A DNA stretch of 64,000 nt, taken from a virus (Duplodnaviria > Caudoviricetes). Positions 38,108 through 50,900 of this stretch are shown here, one piece after another. Within the stretch, counting starts at the first letter, position 1. Every line of letters starts with the position of its first letter. Under the pieces are notes generated by a model that worked only from the letters and a program-made list of their open reading frames with translations, was not told where the DNA came from and made no database searches. The DNA is taken from the IMG/VR virus record IMGVR_UViG_3300031992_000091, positions 1,086 to 65,085 of that record. One strand, 5' to 3'. The translations under genes and the position numbers were made by a program.

Positions 38108-38220
38108 GAGTCACCTCCTTAAATTCCGTATGTGCCGATGATGATAAATATCATTGTTAACCTCCTGCCGCGCCGAATACAGCCTTTATGATTTTTGTTT
38201 CTCATTTAAAGTCTGCTTTT

Positions 38221-39531
38221 TCAAAGTGTTTTCAGCCAAGCTGTAATTTTTGGTACATAGTATGCTCGATACCCTGCTTCATTGGGATGGTACCCATCAC
38301 CTTGATTGGTGTAAGCTGTCCTTAACGATGTAACATATCCAAGTGGAGGAACCTCTGTATTGAGGTCAATATAAGGCACTCCCCATTTCTCGCAAGCATT
38401 TTTTGCAATCATATAAAAACTGTTTGTGGCTGTATTGCGTGAATCAAAACCACTTACGCACTTATGAATGAATATATAGCCAATTTTTTTGCCTTGAAAT
38501 CTTTCAAGTGCTGATTTGAGCATTGCTTCAAATGCTCCTGCAAAAGTTGTATCATTCAGTGTTGCAGTATACCCTTCTGAAAGTGTTCCTGCTGAAACTC
38601 CACTGTCCGCATCATTTCCACCACCGTCAAGGATAATATAGTCAGCATCCGCTCTCATATTATTTATGGTTCTGCAAATACAATGCACGTTTTCACTAAC
38701 ATATGCTACAGTTCCACCCCCGACTGCAATGTTTTCATAGGTCATTCCGTTTTCTTCGGCAATAATCTTTCCATATCCACCTGCATAGCCTGCTCCTGCA
38801 CAGATTGAATCACCATTGAAACTGATTGTCTTTCCCCATAACGGATTTTCTTCATTGAAGTCTATAATTTGTGATTTTGTGATTTCTAATCCCTCAATTG
38901 TTTTAACTGTACCATAAGGAATATAAGACGTTGGATATGTGTCAGATTTAACTACCATCAATGAATTAAGCAAGGAAGTAATTTCAGAAAAGCCTATATA
39001 ATAAGCTCCGTAATTATTAATTGCATTATCTGTGATAGTGATTGTTGCAATCCTATGATTTGTGTCATAAGTTGATAGGGTAGTGCCAACATATGTTATA
39101 AAGTTTTTATCAATATCGTAAAGAGGAATAGCATTAGAATTATCATAATATAAAAAGTATGGAGTCAAAAAGCTATATGTGCCACTACCGTTTATTTTAA
39201 TAAATGCATGAAAAGTACCAGCATATTCAGAAACACTTCCATCCCATGGCATAAGCACACTTCCTGAAACAATATCGTCTGAATTAAATAAATTATCAGT
39301 AGGCACCTCAGTGATATCAATCTGCGGAATCTGTGCCTGCAATGTGTCCAGTGCGCTCTTCACTCCACCTGACTGCACGGCGTTAGTGCTGTTTGCCGTG
39401 GGAGAAGAATCAACCCGAGGTCCTACTAGACTGGGGTGAATACGCTTGGTCCCGCCCTCGCCGTTGTCAATGAGCAAATAATCGCCATCGTTATATCCAG
39501 TTTTTTCGTCGTAAGATATAATTCTCCCCAT
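38221..39531 (-). CDS. SGNH/GDSL esterase-domain protein
   Basis: FNGDSI, AVGG, GGGND and DGYHPN blocks I, II, III and V. Confidence 0.8.
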   Translation of the reverse strand: MGRIISYDEKTGYNDGDYLLIDNGEGGTKRIHPSLVGPRVDSSPTANSTNAVQSGGVKSALDTLQAQIPQIDITEVPTDNLFNSDDIVSGSVLMPWDGSVSEYAGTFHAFIKINGSGTYSFLTPYFLYYDNSNAIPLYDIDKNFITYVGTTLSTYDTNHRIATITITDNAINNYGAYYIGFSEITSLLNSLMVVKSDTYPTSYIPYGTVKTIEGLEITKSQIIDFNEENPLWGKTISFNGDSICAGAGYAGGYGKIIAEENGMTYENIAVGGGTVAYVSENVHCICRTINNMRADADYIILDGGGNDADSGVSAGTLSEGYTATLNDTTFAGAFEAMLKSALERFQGKKIGYIFIHKCVSGFDSRNTATNSFYMIAKNACEKWGVPYIDLNTEVPPLGYVTSLRTAYTNQGDGYHPNEAGYRAYYVPKITAWLKTL

Positions 39532-39535
39532 GGTG

Positions 39536-39745
39536 TTACTCCTTCTTATTATACTGGACGGTACTGATGCCCAGGATCACGCCGAGGAAGGTGTCGAGTA
39601 TCGTAATAGTACCTACAATCTGCTCGCCGTAAGGGAACCCCCAGATTCCGGCAAGTCCAAAATATAATGCTCCAAGAGCCGGCAGCAACACAAGCGCTAC
39701 CCATTTGAGAATATCGTAAGCTTTGTCGCTAAGAATTGTTTTCAT
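39536..39745 (-). CDS. Holin (Dp-1/r1t-like)
   Basis: LSDKAYDILKWVALVLLPALGALY...ITILDTFLGVILGIS; two TM helices. Confidence 0.8.
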   Translation of the reverse strand: MKTILSDKAYDILKWVALVLLPALGALYFGLAGIWGFPYGEQIVGTITILDTFLGVILGISTVQYNKKE

Positions 39746-40047
39746 TTAAGACCTCCTTTAATTGGAAGCTTTTCTACTTCTTTCATAATTTTGGTTCCGG
39801 AGCCGTTACCTCCGAGCGTTACATAAGGTTTGTACAGCTCGCACAAAGTGTCGTATTCGTCCTGAGTAATCCAACCACGTTCGATGTATTGCATTCCAAA
39901 AAACACAATTTCGAGGTGGCCGATCCCGATCAGAATATCTCTTTCGGCATCTCTTTTGTCGAACCTGGCATTCAGAAACGCCCACAGGCCAGAGGACGCC
40001 AGAACCGATGTGAATATAGTTAGTATTATTTGTGACCAAAATTCCAT
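39742..40047 (-). CDS. Holin-associated membrane protein
   Basis: N-terminal TM helix and the Y..LGGNG motif common next to Firmicute phage holins. Confidence 0.6.
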   Translation of the reverse strand: MEFWSQIILTIFTSVLASSGLWAFLNARFDKRDAERDILIGIGHLEIVFFGMQYIERGWITQDEYDTLCELYKPYVTLGGNGSGTKIMKEVEKLPIKGGLK

Positions 40048-40066
40048 TCATTTACCCCCCTTTACA

Positions 40067-41392
40067 TTACACCGCTTTGATAATACCGTGCACCGCCAAT
40101 ATCTGAAAATATTGAGTAGCGCCACTATCAGCAGGACCTACTACTCGTTTAATACCTATCGTTGGAACAGAAGCCCAGTTAACGCGGACGCTTGCTATAA
40201 AGGTCTGGCTGGTGCCGTTGTACGTGTAGTCGTAATCACCAACGCGATGCTCTGCTGTGCCCTCACTTCTAATAACTATAACCGTAGAATATATTCTACC
40301 GCAGTGCACTCTAAGAGCCGCGACGTTCCAGTTAGCCAAAGCAGTTACAGCTACTTCAGACCAATCGGTACTGTTCGCAGTAACACTTAGCGTGCCCGAC
40401 CATAATTGACCAACACCGCCTCTAAGAAGATTTGGAATAGCTACAACATCTGCTGAATTTCCATTCGAGTGACTATACAAATACCCTTTAGAGTCGTTTA
40501 AGTTGTAGTACGAAAGCCAACCTGGGATATTGTGAGAATATAACCCAACCCGATCCTTAGAAGCAATCATTTCAACGTCATGCTCTGGTATTGGCATTCC
40601 ACCCGATAAATCTCCAATCAATGCGCCACTACCAGCAGTAACTCGTCCATTAGAATTAGTGCCTGACAAATATGCCAAAACTCGCCCATCATTTGCTACA
40701 ATATTTCCTTGTGTTTCAATGCCTTTAAAACCGTTCCACGTAGATGTACTAGTTCCAGCTCTCAGCACTTCAGCTCCGCTGGCATTGTAAAATATCATGT
40801 TGGAGCCGTTGATAACAATATGAGCCGAATTTGAAGGACCTATCTGAGCAGTTGCGCCAAACTGAGCTATCATAGTTCCGCTAGCGTTGAAAACTTTAAG
40901 TCCCTGAGATGTGATAGTTGATCGAACACTTCCTGCCGGTCCAAGTTCAACGTCGGAACCAAACTTGGCTAATACAGCACCATTAGCACCGATAAGTTGA
41001 AAGTTGGTATCTGTGATAAGAATATGCGTACCAGTCGGGACATTATGCTCATTTAGTCTACCGACGACTAATCCGTCAGCCGTGAGAGTTATGTAAATAT
41101 CGCCAACTCTAGTCAAAGCCGGGTAACTGATGTTACCAATAATAGTCGCTTTATGGTCTTTCATCCGAACCATAACAACGTCATCAACGCCAACCTCAAC
41201 CGTAGTGGTCACCGGCGTTTCAACGGATTCGTCAGCACCATAAAAACGTACAAAAATATCATCCTTACCGGTGCTCTGATTAGGAGTTTTTCGCACCACA
41301 ATAGCATAAAAAGTCATCGCGTCTGGAGAGGTGCTGCCGGAACCATTCACCGCATCAGCAAACGCTTTCAGAACACTATCTTGAAGTTCCAA
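40067..41392 (-). CDS. Tail tip / fibre protein
   Basis: Glycine-rich beta repeats; follows the baseplate genes. Start reassigned to the TTG after GGAGG. Confidence 0.6.
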   Translation of the reverse strand: MELQDSVLKAFADAVNGSGSTSPDAMTFYAIVVRKTPNQSTGKDDIFVRFYGADESVETPVTTTVEVGVDDVVMVRMKDHKATIIGNISYPALTRVGDIYITLTADGLVVGRLNEHNVPTGTHILITDTNFQLIGANGAVLAKFGSDVELGPAGSVRSTITSQGLKVFNASGTMIAQFGATAQIGPSNSAHIVINGSNMIFYNASGAEVLRAGTSTSTWNGFKGIETQGNIVANDGRVLAYLSGTNSNGRVTAGSGALIGDLSGGMPIPEHDVEMIASKDRVGLYSHNIPGWLSYYNLNDSKGYLYSHSNGNSADVVAIPNLLRGGVGQLWSGTLSVTANSTDWSEVAVTALANWNVAALRVHCGRIYSTVIVIRSEGTAEHRVGDYDYTYNGTSQTFIASVRVNWASVPTIGIKRVVGPADSGATQYFQILAVHGIIKAV

Positions 41393-41396
41393 AATA

Positions 41397-42467
41397 TCAC
41401 CTCCAAAGACTAAGCGTGTATACGGCAGTTTCTTCAACTTGGCAGCCAGTTTCGCACTTAATATTCTGACGAATGACTTTAGCTCGTTGGTTGGTTAATC
41501 CTGCTCGTTCATAATTTATCAGCACACAATCTCCAACTCTTACAGGACAGTAACCGTGGGTATACGTTAATGTGTATTCGATGGTTGACAAATTCCTAAG
41601 AGTCTGCTTTGCGTAATCGTCAAGTTGAACTTGTGTTGGGCTTCCAAAAATATCAGGATCTGTTATTCGGTGCATGACCTCTCTACCGCGAGTAACAGTG
41701 GATATGGGACTGTCTGGATCATTGTTAACCACTTTAGAATATACGTAACTTCCGTCTTCTTTTGTATAAATCACTTCGAGAACGTTCGGAATACCATATA
41801 AATCTCTACTAATATCGAAATCTGGTTGTAAAATCGAACTATTGTCATCGTCATATGTCCAGACAGGCTGCAAAGAATTAGCGTCTTGATCTGGTGTAAA
41901 TATAATTCTTCCAAGCTCGTCGATGTCCATACTGTACTGAATACTAGCAAGCAAATCGCTGATAAACGTATACCAAGTATCGTTAAGTTCGGCTACAAAT
42001 GGATAAGACAGCTTATAGTCTTCACCGTCTAATTCGCATCCAACAGACGGCGCTCTAACATTTTTGGACACAATATTTGTAGCCGCCTCTAAAATATTCA
42101 CACCTTGCCCAATGGAATATCCTAGTGGCGGATTCTTTTCCTTTAATTCAAGTAAAGGAGCGTAAGCGTCTAGAGTAATATCTTTTACCTTTCCATCAAA
42201 ACCCTCACCAGTTGTCTGACACAAATATGTACCAATAGGGAATTTCTCTGTAATACGATTCTGTGTTGTAATAAGATATACTCTAATATAAAGTTCTCCA
42301 AGATCAGAAGAGACGTTAAACGAAGCACTGCCACCAGTGTCCGAACTAACGTCTCTCGTGATACTCGAAGAAGTAACAATATCGATTTTTCGGCGATCCT
42401 CCCATGTAGCTGGATCGACCTCGTAATACTCATATGTTTGCTGCATCGAAGCAGTCCAATCAGGCAT
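41397..42467 (-). CDS. Baseplate hub / tail protein
   Basis: Position; C-terminal PVRVGDCV...KV..Q OB-like segment. Confidence 0.6.
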   Translation of the reverse strand: MPDWTASMQQTYEYYEVDPATWEDRRKIDIVTSSSITRDVSSDTGGSASFNVSSDLGELYIRVYLITTQNRITEKFPIGTYLCQTTGEGFDGKVKDITLDAYAPLLELKEKNPPLGYSIGQGVNILEAATNIVSKNVRAPSVGCELDGEDYKLSYPFVAELNDTWYTFISDLLASIQYSMDIDELGRIIFTPDQDANSLQPVWTYDDDNSSILQPDFDISRDLYGIPNVLEVIYTKEDGSYVYSKVVNNDPDSPISTVTRGREVMHRITDPDIFGSPTQVQLDDYAKQTLRNLSTIEYTLTYTHGYCPVRVGDCVLINYERAGLTNQRAKVIRQNIKCETGCQVEETAVYTLSLWR

Positions 42468-44995
42468 TACATTCCTCCTTCGACTCTTGTTACTTCAATT
42501 GTTACAGGTATAAGAAGATTATCGTAATCGTTATTAAACGACACCTCAACACTTGCCCAATAACCTACACCATTAGGTTCCCTGACATAGGCATTCCCCC
42601 TCCAGATCTGCAATCTTCGAAGAGCATAGCGAGTGTTAATATCAGTTGCTGGAATATCGGAGGACCAACTTCCGCTAACGCCAAGTTGTGTCCCATAATA
42701 TGCGACTGGAGCCGAACGCCCAATGTATTCTACCAAGTTTTTATCGATCGCAGTAGATTCCGACACTTTAACATTAAATGGTAATTTCACCATAGAGCCA
42801 GCCCATACTCGTGACGCTAGAGCATCTCCGTCGCCGGAAGGCATGTTAAAATCACTCCACGCCTCGTCCCACTGAATAACTATTCCTGTTTCGCCAACAG
42901 GCTCACCGGGCATATCGTAATATCCAATAGCACCGGTTTCAGTATCAATTCCAACAATACGATACCTGGCATAGTCAAGCGACGGATGAGGATCGACCAC
43001 AACAGTTGTACCTAGATTTTCGATTCCGGTAGCTATCTCCGTAAATCTACCGTCATAGTCTCGTCTGTAAACAGAAAGGACAATACCTTCTATGAGGTTT
43101 TCCTCTTCGTCGACACAGTATGGACGAATATAAGCGCATAATTGTTCCTGGTCAATTCCGATCTCGGCATTTGGCCAAATGTTAGCGTCCGTCCAGTCAA
43201 CAGTAATATTCTGTGATGATTCCGCGGACATGCCAGAACTCATACCTACTTTGACTGTTATTGTGTAACCAACACCGTTTTCGAGGTCTATGTTTCCTGC
43301 ATTGAAGACTCTTTTTAGAACATTATCCTCTTCCGTTTGACCAACGTATTCAGAATATACTTCATCTCCGGCGACCACAGTTTTAGGATTTCCAATAGGA
43401 TCAAGAGTCTCATAAGACTCGTTAGCAATAACTGAAATATGCCAACTGATCGCTCGTTGAATATCCGGATGGGCCGTGGCAGTTAAATAAATAGGAAATG
43501 ATGTAAACGTAAATACCGAACGTTCGGAATCCTCCGCATCGGACACAACGAGTCCAACTGTCGGAGGGGCGTATAAAACCAACGCTCTTTCTGTGGACCA
43601 TGGACTCCAAGCATCCGGAAGAACACCTAATGTCCGTACTCGCCAACGAATAACAGTGCCTTCTGAATATGCGGAATAAACTGCTGTCGATACAACATTA
43701 CCATCTTCGTCCAAAATGCGTTCACCAAGAGCGTCAACAAGTTCTCCCGATGTATAAAGAAACGTTTCATAAGAAAGGTAGCTCGGTTCACCAGGATTTG
43801 GCGATTTGTATGTAGGCGTTTTTGTTTGCCACGCTCCGTCTCCAACCGCAACCTGAACCTCAGCATCTTGCTGTGTTGAACTGTCTTCCGAATTATGAAG
43901 CCAATATAACCGTACTGTATCGCCAACAACTGCCGTAGCAGTTTCTGACCAGGTTGTTGGAGCGGATGGCGCCACGCCAAGAATCAGAGAATATATTGGA
44001 GACCAACCGGAATCACCCTGAGCATTTGTTGCTTTTACACGAAAATACCATGTTTGGCCAGGATCGAGCCCCGTGACAGCCGCTCCAGCATCGTTGACTG
44101 TTAATGATTTTACTTCTGAGGACCGATCAAAGAAAATTTTGTTTACCGTATATTCAAGCGTATAACCAGTTACATTTTCAACCGGTGTCCATACTATGTT
44201 TATTTGATTAAGACTAACAACGGTGTGCTTTGTTATCTTAGTCGGCGCTTTTGGAACTGTAGAAACGTTTGACGAATAATCAGACCAAGCAGACGCATAA
44301 AAAGGATATACGGCTTCGTGTATATATACCTTGCCTACTTTTATGCTTTTAGTTTTTGCAGTCGAACTGAAATACGGTAATCCGTTCACGCGACCCCTAG
44401 CCCTGACTTTATACTGACTTCCGCCAGTTATCTTACATGTATATCGAACGTATTGTTTTGTAACACTAACAATCGGGGTCGCAAAAGTTTTTCTATTATC
44501 CTGTACAATTTCTAACTCAATAGATTCTGTGTTTCTATCAGGAACACTAAGTTCCACCGTAAGTTTGTAATTTTTATCCACACTTATTGTGGGAACACCA
44601 GGTGTAGCTGGAAGGCCAGAGTTTGCAAATTCGTAAGTTTCTGTTGCGGACTGGGCCGTCCAATAAGAAACTGTTGCTGTAGAATTTTTACCCGTTTTCT
44701 TCTCGTAAGTCTTAGAAATCGGTTGTACTGTGCAAGCCACCTTTAAAGCGTTACTGGGGGCCGTGTAAGTAACTCGCACGGACCACCCAGCACTGCCATA
44801 TTCTTCTTCGCTTTCACTGCCAATGAACCATACTCCGTCACCTGTATAATATCTCCAGGTCACCTTGTATTTAGCAGTGTTTCCTTTTTTCCATTCCCAG
44901 GTAGCATATAACAAACGATCGCTCCCGCTTTGTAATCGCACCCGAAGATTGGACACCATATTACCAGTGGTACTAGAAACAATAGTAGGCATCAC
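42467..44995 (-). CDS. Fibronectin type III-containing tail protein with a Dit-like C-terminus
   Basis: Repeated W....YTLEY / Y.FRV.A.N..G.S.WS FN3 patterns. Confidence 0.75.
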   Translation of the reverse strand: MMPTIVSSTTGNMVSNLRVRLQSGSDRLLYATWEWKKGNTAKYKVTWRYYTGDGVWFIGSESEEEYGSAGWSVRVTYTAPSNALKVACTVQPISKTYEKKTGKNSTATVSYWTAQSATETYEFANSGLPATPGVPTISVDKNYKLTVELSVPDRNTESIELEIVQDNRKTFATPIVSVTKQYVRYTCKITGGSQYKVRARGRVNGLPYFSSTAKTKSIKVGKVYIHEAVYPFYASAWSDYSSNVSTVPKAPTKITKHTVVSLNQINIVWTPVENVTGYTLEYTVNKIFFDRSSEVKSLTVNDAGAAVTGLDPGQTWYFRVKATNAQGDSGWSPIYSLILGVAPSAPTTWSETATAVVGDTVRLYWLHNSEDSSTQQDAEVQVAVGDGAWQTKTPTYKSPNPGEPSYLSYETFLYTSGELVDALGERILDEDGNVVSTAVYSAYSEGTVIRWRVRTLGVLPDAWSPWSTERALVLYAPPTVGLVVSDAEDSERSVFTFTSFPIYLTATAHPDIQRAISWHISVIANESYETLDPIGNPKTVVAGDEVYSEYVGQTEEDNVLKRVFNAGNIDLENGVGYTITVKVGMSSGMSAESSQNITVDWTDANIWPNAEIGIDQEQLCAYIRPYCVDEEENLIEGIVLSVYRRDYDGRFTEIATGIENLGTTVVVDPHPSLDYARYRIVGIDTETGAIGYYDMPGEPVGETGIVIQWDEAWSDFNMPSGDGDALASRVWAGSMVKLPFNVKVSESTAIDKNLVEYIGRSAPVAYYGTQLGVSGSWSSDIPATDINTRYALRRLQIWRGNAYVREPNGVGYWASVEVSFNNDYDNLLIPVTIEVTRVEGGM

Positions 44996-47900
44996 GCCCT
45001 CCCTTCTATCTTAGCGGCACGAATAAGCGATCTGACAGCAGACGATACATTACTGCCATCATCGTATGTTACGCCGTTTACATTATAAACATTACCTGTG
45101 TTGCCAATGAGAGCCGACAAGCCATTAATAGCATTAATCAGTGCGCTCATTGTATCATTCTCAGACTGTTCTTTACGACGCTGATCGGCTGTTACGCTTC
45201 GATTAGTATTATCGGCGAGAGTAATATTACCGTTGAACGATAACCGGTCCATATCAGACATCATAGAATACAGTTTTCTAGTGTCATTTTGAATTTCTGA
45301 CAGATCCATTGTAGGAGTTATTGTTGGATCAGTAACAATGTCTCCACTAAGCAAATCTGCAAGCGTGTCAAGGGGTTTCTTAGCAGCAAGCATTACTCGC
45401 TCGGCCATTACTCTAGATCTAGAAGCAGCTTTTCTAGCGTTGTTATCGATACCAATCAAAAGGCCGTTATCAATGTCCTCGCCGATCTTAATAAAGACCT
45501 TAGAAGGCGAATTCGAATCAAGTTTTTTCTTAGCTGCATCAATAGCACCTTTTACAAGACTCTTCGCTTTTTCAGCAATCTGCGACGCTTTAGACATAAT
45601 ACCTTTGGCTAGTCCAGATGCCATATCTTTACCAACTTGTTTCCACTCACCGACCTTATTTTTAATCGCCTGAAGAGCCTTCTTTGCGAGTTTACCGGCT
45701 TCGCTCGCGATCTTTCCGGCAAGACTAATAAGACCCATTATAAGTTTTGAAATAAGCTCCTTACCCATGGAAAGCCATTTAGGAAGATTCTTCTGAATAG
45801 CGGAAATACCTTTAGACAGAAGTTCTAACACTTTTCCAGGAATTTTAGGAGCAATAGCAGCTATACCAGCAACAAGTTTGAGAATGAGATCCTTACCTGC
45901 GGAAAGCCATTTGGGTAAGTTCTTTTGTATCCACTTAACAGCATTACTAATAAATTCGCCAACTTTCTTTACAATGTTGGGACCGTTCTTTGCAATTCCG
46001 GAAACAGCTGCCTTAATGAGTCCACCAGCTTTCTCCATAAATACCGGAGCATTTTGGACGATATACTGAATAGCTTTAGAAATGGCGTCACCGATCAAAC
46101 TAAGAATTTGACCAGCACTATTAATAATGGATGAAATAGCGTTAACAATAGCGTTACCGATCTGACCGGAAATTGCTATAAATTTCTCAATAGCAGATAC
46201 CAGCAAATATAAGCCGGCACCGATCATTAGCATTGCCCCAGCAAAAGCCATTAAAGGAACGATCAATGCTGGGAATATAGCCAGAATAGCAACAAAACCT
46301 ACAACAATACCAATAAACACTATTAATACAGTGCTCAGTGTCGCGAGTCCTGCAGCAAGGCCAGCAAATTGTTCCTCACTTTTTATTGCCGTAAACATTA
46401 ATAATGCCTGGGTAAATATAAGAAGTGCGGTAGATACCTTAATAAACGCATCACCAATAAACGAAGCGGCAATGCCAAACACCATAAACGCTGCACTGAC
46501 GATTAATATATCTGGCGAGATGGCACTCAGCAGTTTGAACGCAATAACCATAGTTGCGACAATAACCACAAGTCCACCAAGACCTTTGCCCAAGTCACCT
46601 ACAGTCATTTTGCCAAGAACTGTTACAACATAAGACAGAACACCGATAACTGCTACAAAAGCCATCAAAGCTGGGATAGCAGTATTCATCAGTATAAGCT
46701 GACCCATAATTGCGGAAAGTTCTCTAAGCGCTATGACCAGTCCAGCTGTTATTAGCCCTATAGCACCAAGACCTTTTGCCAAAGTTCCGAGATCAATAGA
46801 TCCTATTTTGACAACTGCAAACGCCAGTATTAGAATGGCGCCAACAAGAGCAAGCGGTGCAACAATATCGATAACGCCAAAGTTGGTATTACCAATAAGC
46901 TTAAGCGAAGCATCGATAATTACTGCCAAAGCGGTAATAACGCCAAGTCCTTTGGCTATTACGCTTATAGGCAATACACCAATACTTAATACACTGAAGC
47001 ATAATGCTTGAATAGAGGCCATAAATGCAATAATAGCCACTACCTTGGTCGGATCCATTGACGAGTTTCCAATTAAAAACAGACTTGCTGTCAAAACTGC
47101 GCCAAGAGCCAGCACAACACCAAGACCCTTTAACAATACCGCTTTAGGAATAACGCCTAATGCAAGTACAACCATAGCCAGTTCGTTAATGGCTAGTACA
47201 AATGCTATTATTCCAAATATAGCTGATATGGATATGCTAGTTCTTGTAAGTAGTGTCATAGCTGCAATAATTAATGCTGCCATGGCACCTACCACCAAAG
47301 TACCTTTTAGCAAGTTTCCAAGAGGAACCAAGCCGATTAATGCTGCGGTTATTGACAATGTGACGATGGCTAACACAACCGGTATTAATCCAACTATTGC
47401 TGATTTGTTGATCTTTGCAAATCTGATAAACATCAGAGTAGCGACAAGTACGGAAGCAACCGCTCCGACCACAACGATACCTTTAAGAATATTCTTCAAA
47501 GGCGCTAATCCAACCAAAGCAACAGTAACTGCCAGTATAGATATTGCAAAGGCAGTTGCTATCATATGAGCAATAACCGAAGGGTTTATCACCGTAGCGT
47601 ACTTACTAACAATTATGACAACTGCAGATAATATTGCTGCGATAAAGCCGACTGCAACAATACCTTTAGCCAATGTGCCAGCGTCTAGTTTTCCAAGTCT
47701 CGCAACGGTATAACCGAGAATGAATATTGACGCTGCGGAAACAACCATCCCCTTAAGAATAGAACTATCCAGAGACGCGTCTTTCGTGGCCATAGTAAGC
47801 AATTTCATTGTTCCAACCAGTATTGCTGCAATAAAACCAACTGCAACAATACCTTTGGCTAATGTGCCAAGATCCAGTTTGCCTAACTTAGCAACTGTTC

Positions 47901-50900
47901 TGCCGAGAACGAAAACACCAGCTGCAAACGCTAATGGAGCTGCAACGACTCCGGGGTCGATCTTTGCTTTGCCAAGCCCCGTCATAGCTGATTTTATAGT
48001 GTTTTCAAGGAACTTAATAACACCAGCGCCCTTAAGTAACGTCTTAAACGGTAACATTCCAAGAGCTATTACTTGTGTTGCCAGAATGAACACAGCAACA
48101 GCGAATGCCAAAGGCGCAAACACAGCCGATGGTGTGAGTTTAGCCATTCCGATAGCAACCATAGCTACAGCAAGGGCTCTGCCGATCTTGGAAATATTCT
48201 TCTCACCCTTTTTGAGGGTCTCGTCAGGAATGTCTCCAATGAATGCTATTGTTTTAGCGAGCTTATGCAATGCTAACGCAAAGCCGATCGGACCCGCTAC
48301 TGATGCCATAGAAGTGCCTTTTGTTCTAGACAACGCTATAGTAGCTGCGGTTAAAACAAGAGCTACAACAGCTATGGCTTCTTCGGCTGCACGCAATTGT
48401 GTCTTATCAATAGCACCTATTGTTGCAATAGCTTTCGCTATAAGAAGAACTGAAACCGCCATTGAAATAGCGTATTTTGTAGCTCCCCCAAGATCAGAAC
48501 CTTCTGTGGATTTTATCTTACCGAGTGCTATTGCCAATCCGCTAAGAACAACGGCTATTCCAGCAACAACGCCAACAGAAGAATCCAAACGATCTTCTGG
48601 TATGCTAGCTATCATGCTAATAGCTTTAGCAACAAGCGCTATAGAAGCCGCTATTTTGATAAGTGAAGTTGTCTTAGATTCCTGTGCTTTGCCAAACTTG
48701 TTGCCTATACTGTCAAAGAACCCGCCGATACTGTCCGCCATTCCGGAGAATGATTTCGCGAGTTTTATTCCGTTGAATATTCTGGAAACGGTTAAAAGTG
48801 TCTTTGCTGCAAGAAGAAGCTTCTTGAAATCAAGTTTAGCCACGAACATTTCAAAGCGGCCAAAGGCATCACATAAGAAATCAATGCCGGTCGGTATGGC
48901 TTTTTCTTTAAGAAAAGAGAATGCTTTCTTAAAAGCTTCACCTAAATCGATATTAGAAAGGCTTGTCTTAACGTTTTTAACAGAGTTAAGCAGATTGTTC
49001 AAAGGCTTTTCAGAATCTTTGCTTGCCTTCTTAACATCAGATAATCCACCAACACTACCAATAGCTGACGCTAGATTAATAGTTTTACTGTTTGAAGAGG
49101 ATTCAGCCAGTTTTTCAACCATTCCGCTAATGGCATTATGGATAAGCTCTCTGGCCTTATTAAAGAAATTAATAATCTTGCTTACAGATTCATGTTCTTT
49201 CTTTAACGGAATCATTCCCTCAAGAAAGCCGTCTTTCTTTTTCTTGATAATAAAGATTCCGACAAAAGAACTCAGAATGTCTTTTAAGTTCTTAGCAACA
49301 ACCTGATAGAAAGCAAACAGCTTCTGAGCAAAAGTCTGTTCTTTCTTATAGGGTATAAGTCTGCCAAGAATATCTAACGGGGTCTGTTTCTTAATAAATA
49401 ACTTCTTAAAACTGTTTACAATATTTCCGAGCTTTATCCTAACAACGTTATAAAAAGCCATGATCTTCTTTCCAAGACCCTGCTCTTTAGTAAAGTCGAT
49501 AAGTCCGCTAAATATAGAGCCACCTTTGAATCCCTTAAAGAAATCGAAAGAAATGGTTCTTCCTCTTGCGAAGTCATTGATTATTCCCATGAATCCTTGG
49601 AAAGCAGGAATAAGGAATCCTTTTAATTTTTCAACAACTTTGTCTGCTTTTTCGGTGAATTCGTCGAAATTAGTAAATCCAAGCTTCTTTGTAAGCTGGT
49701 TCTTAAGATCAACATAAGCACCTTTCAACTTTCTGAAAGCAGCGGCAACTCTATAGCCGATAAATTCCATAGTGTGCCAGTTGTTAATATATGTAGCAAC
49801 GTATTTGACCGCACTCGATATAACGCCTGACAAGTATCCGATAACATTAAGAACAAAACTCAAAGCGGAGCCAACTTCTTTAAGAACAAAAGAGAGCCCG
49901 GAGAACACATTTTGAATTAATTGTGTCTTGTTCACAAATTCTGCTATAGAACCAATAATAGTTCCAATAACACTAAGAACATTTCCGCCAACCGTTATTG
50001 CATTTGTAACAACGTTAAGTAGAACCGGCAATGCGGAGATTGCCATCTTTACAATAGAATCTCTTACAGATTTAACAACGGTAAATATGCTCTTAAAAAC
50101 GTCGTAAAACTTGTTAAGGCTACCCTCACTAATGGACATCTTATTAACAAAGTTGCCCATAGCTTCGTCAAGCATAACAAGATGGTCCATGGTGATAGTT
50201 ACGCCTGAGAACGAATCACCCCAGGCTTTTCCAAACACCCCTAAAACCTTACCAACGCTCTTAAACAGATTGATAACGCCAGACATACCGTTAGCGATCG
50301 AAAACGTAAGAAGATTACCTGCATCGGTAATTTCCATAGTTTTATCACGCCACTCATTCATTGTACGCTGAATAGTTGCGTTGGCTTCTTCCTCTGCCGT
50401 TGCCGTTTTCTTTGTTGATTCGGCTACTTTATCTGCTGTCTTTTCTGCTTCTTCTCCAGTTTTTTTCGTAGCATCAGTAGCTTTATCAGATGCCTTCTTA
50501 GCTCCTTCACCAGTCTTTTCAACTGATCCGAGAGATTTCTCAACAGCGGCAAGAGTCTTATCCGACAAATCCCAGGTTCCATTAGACAGTTCATGAACTT
50601 TGTCAACGTAAGCCTGAATCTCGTCTGGATCAAAGCCTGCTTTCTTGAGAGAATCCTTTCGATAAGAATCGTTTCCGTAATCACCGTTAATAACAGCTTT
50701 AGCCGCTTCTCTTACTTTACTCCAGTCTTTGGTTATCTCTTCTGCGGCTTTTTTGGTTTCCTTTGAAACACTAGTAGCAGTCTTTCCAAGAGTGCTGCTT
50801 TTTTCAGCAAACTTTTCAAGATGCTGTGCTTCAGTGTCAAACCCTTTGGTATCTTTATCACCGAATATCTTCATCGGAAAGAATTCGGTTGCTTCCCTGA

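Noticed and set aside
35361-44995. Diversity-generating retroelement or shufflon acting on the fibre genes
   Set aside because: No reverse transcriptase, no TR/VR pair, and no invertase with inverted crossover sites was seen.
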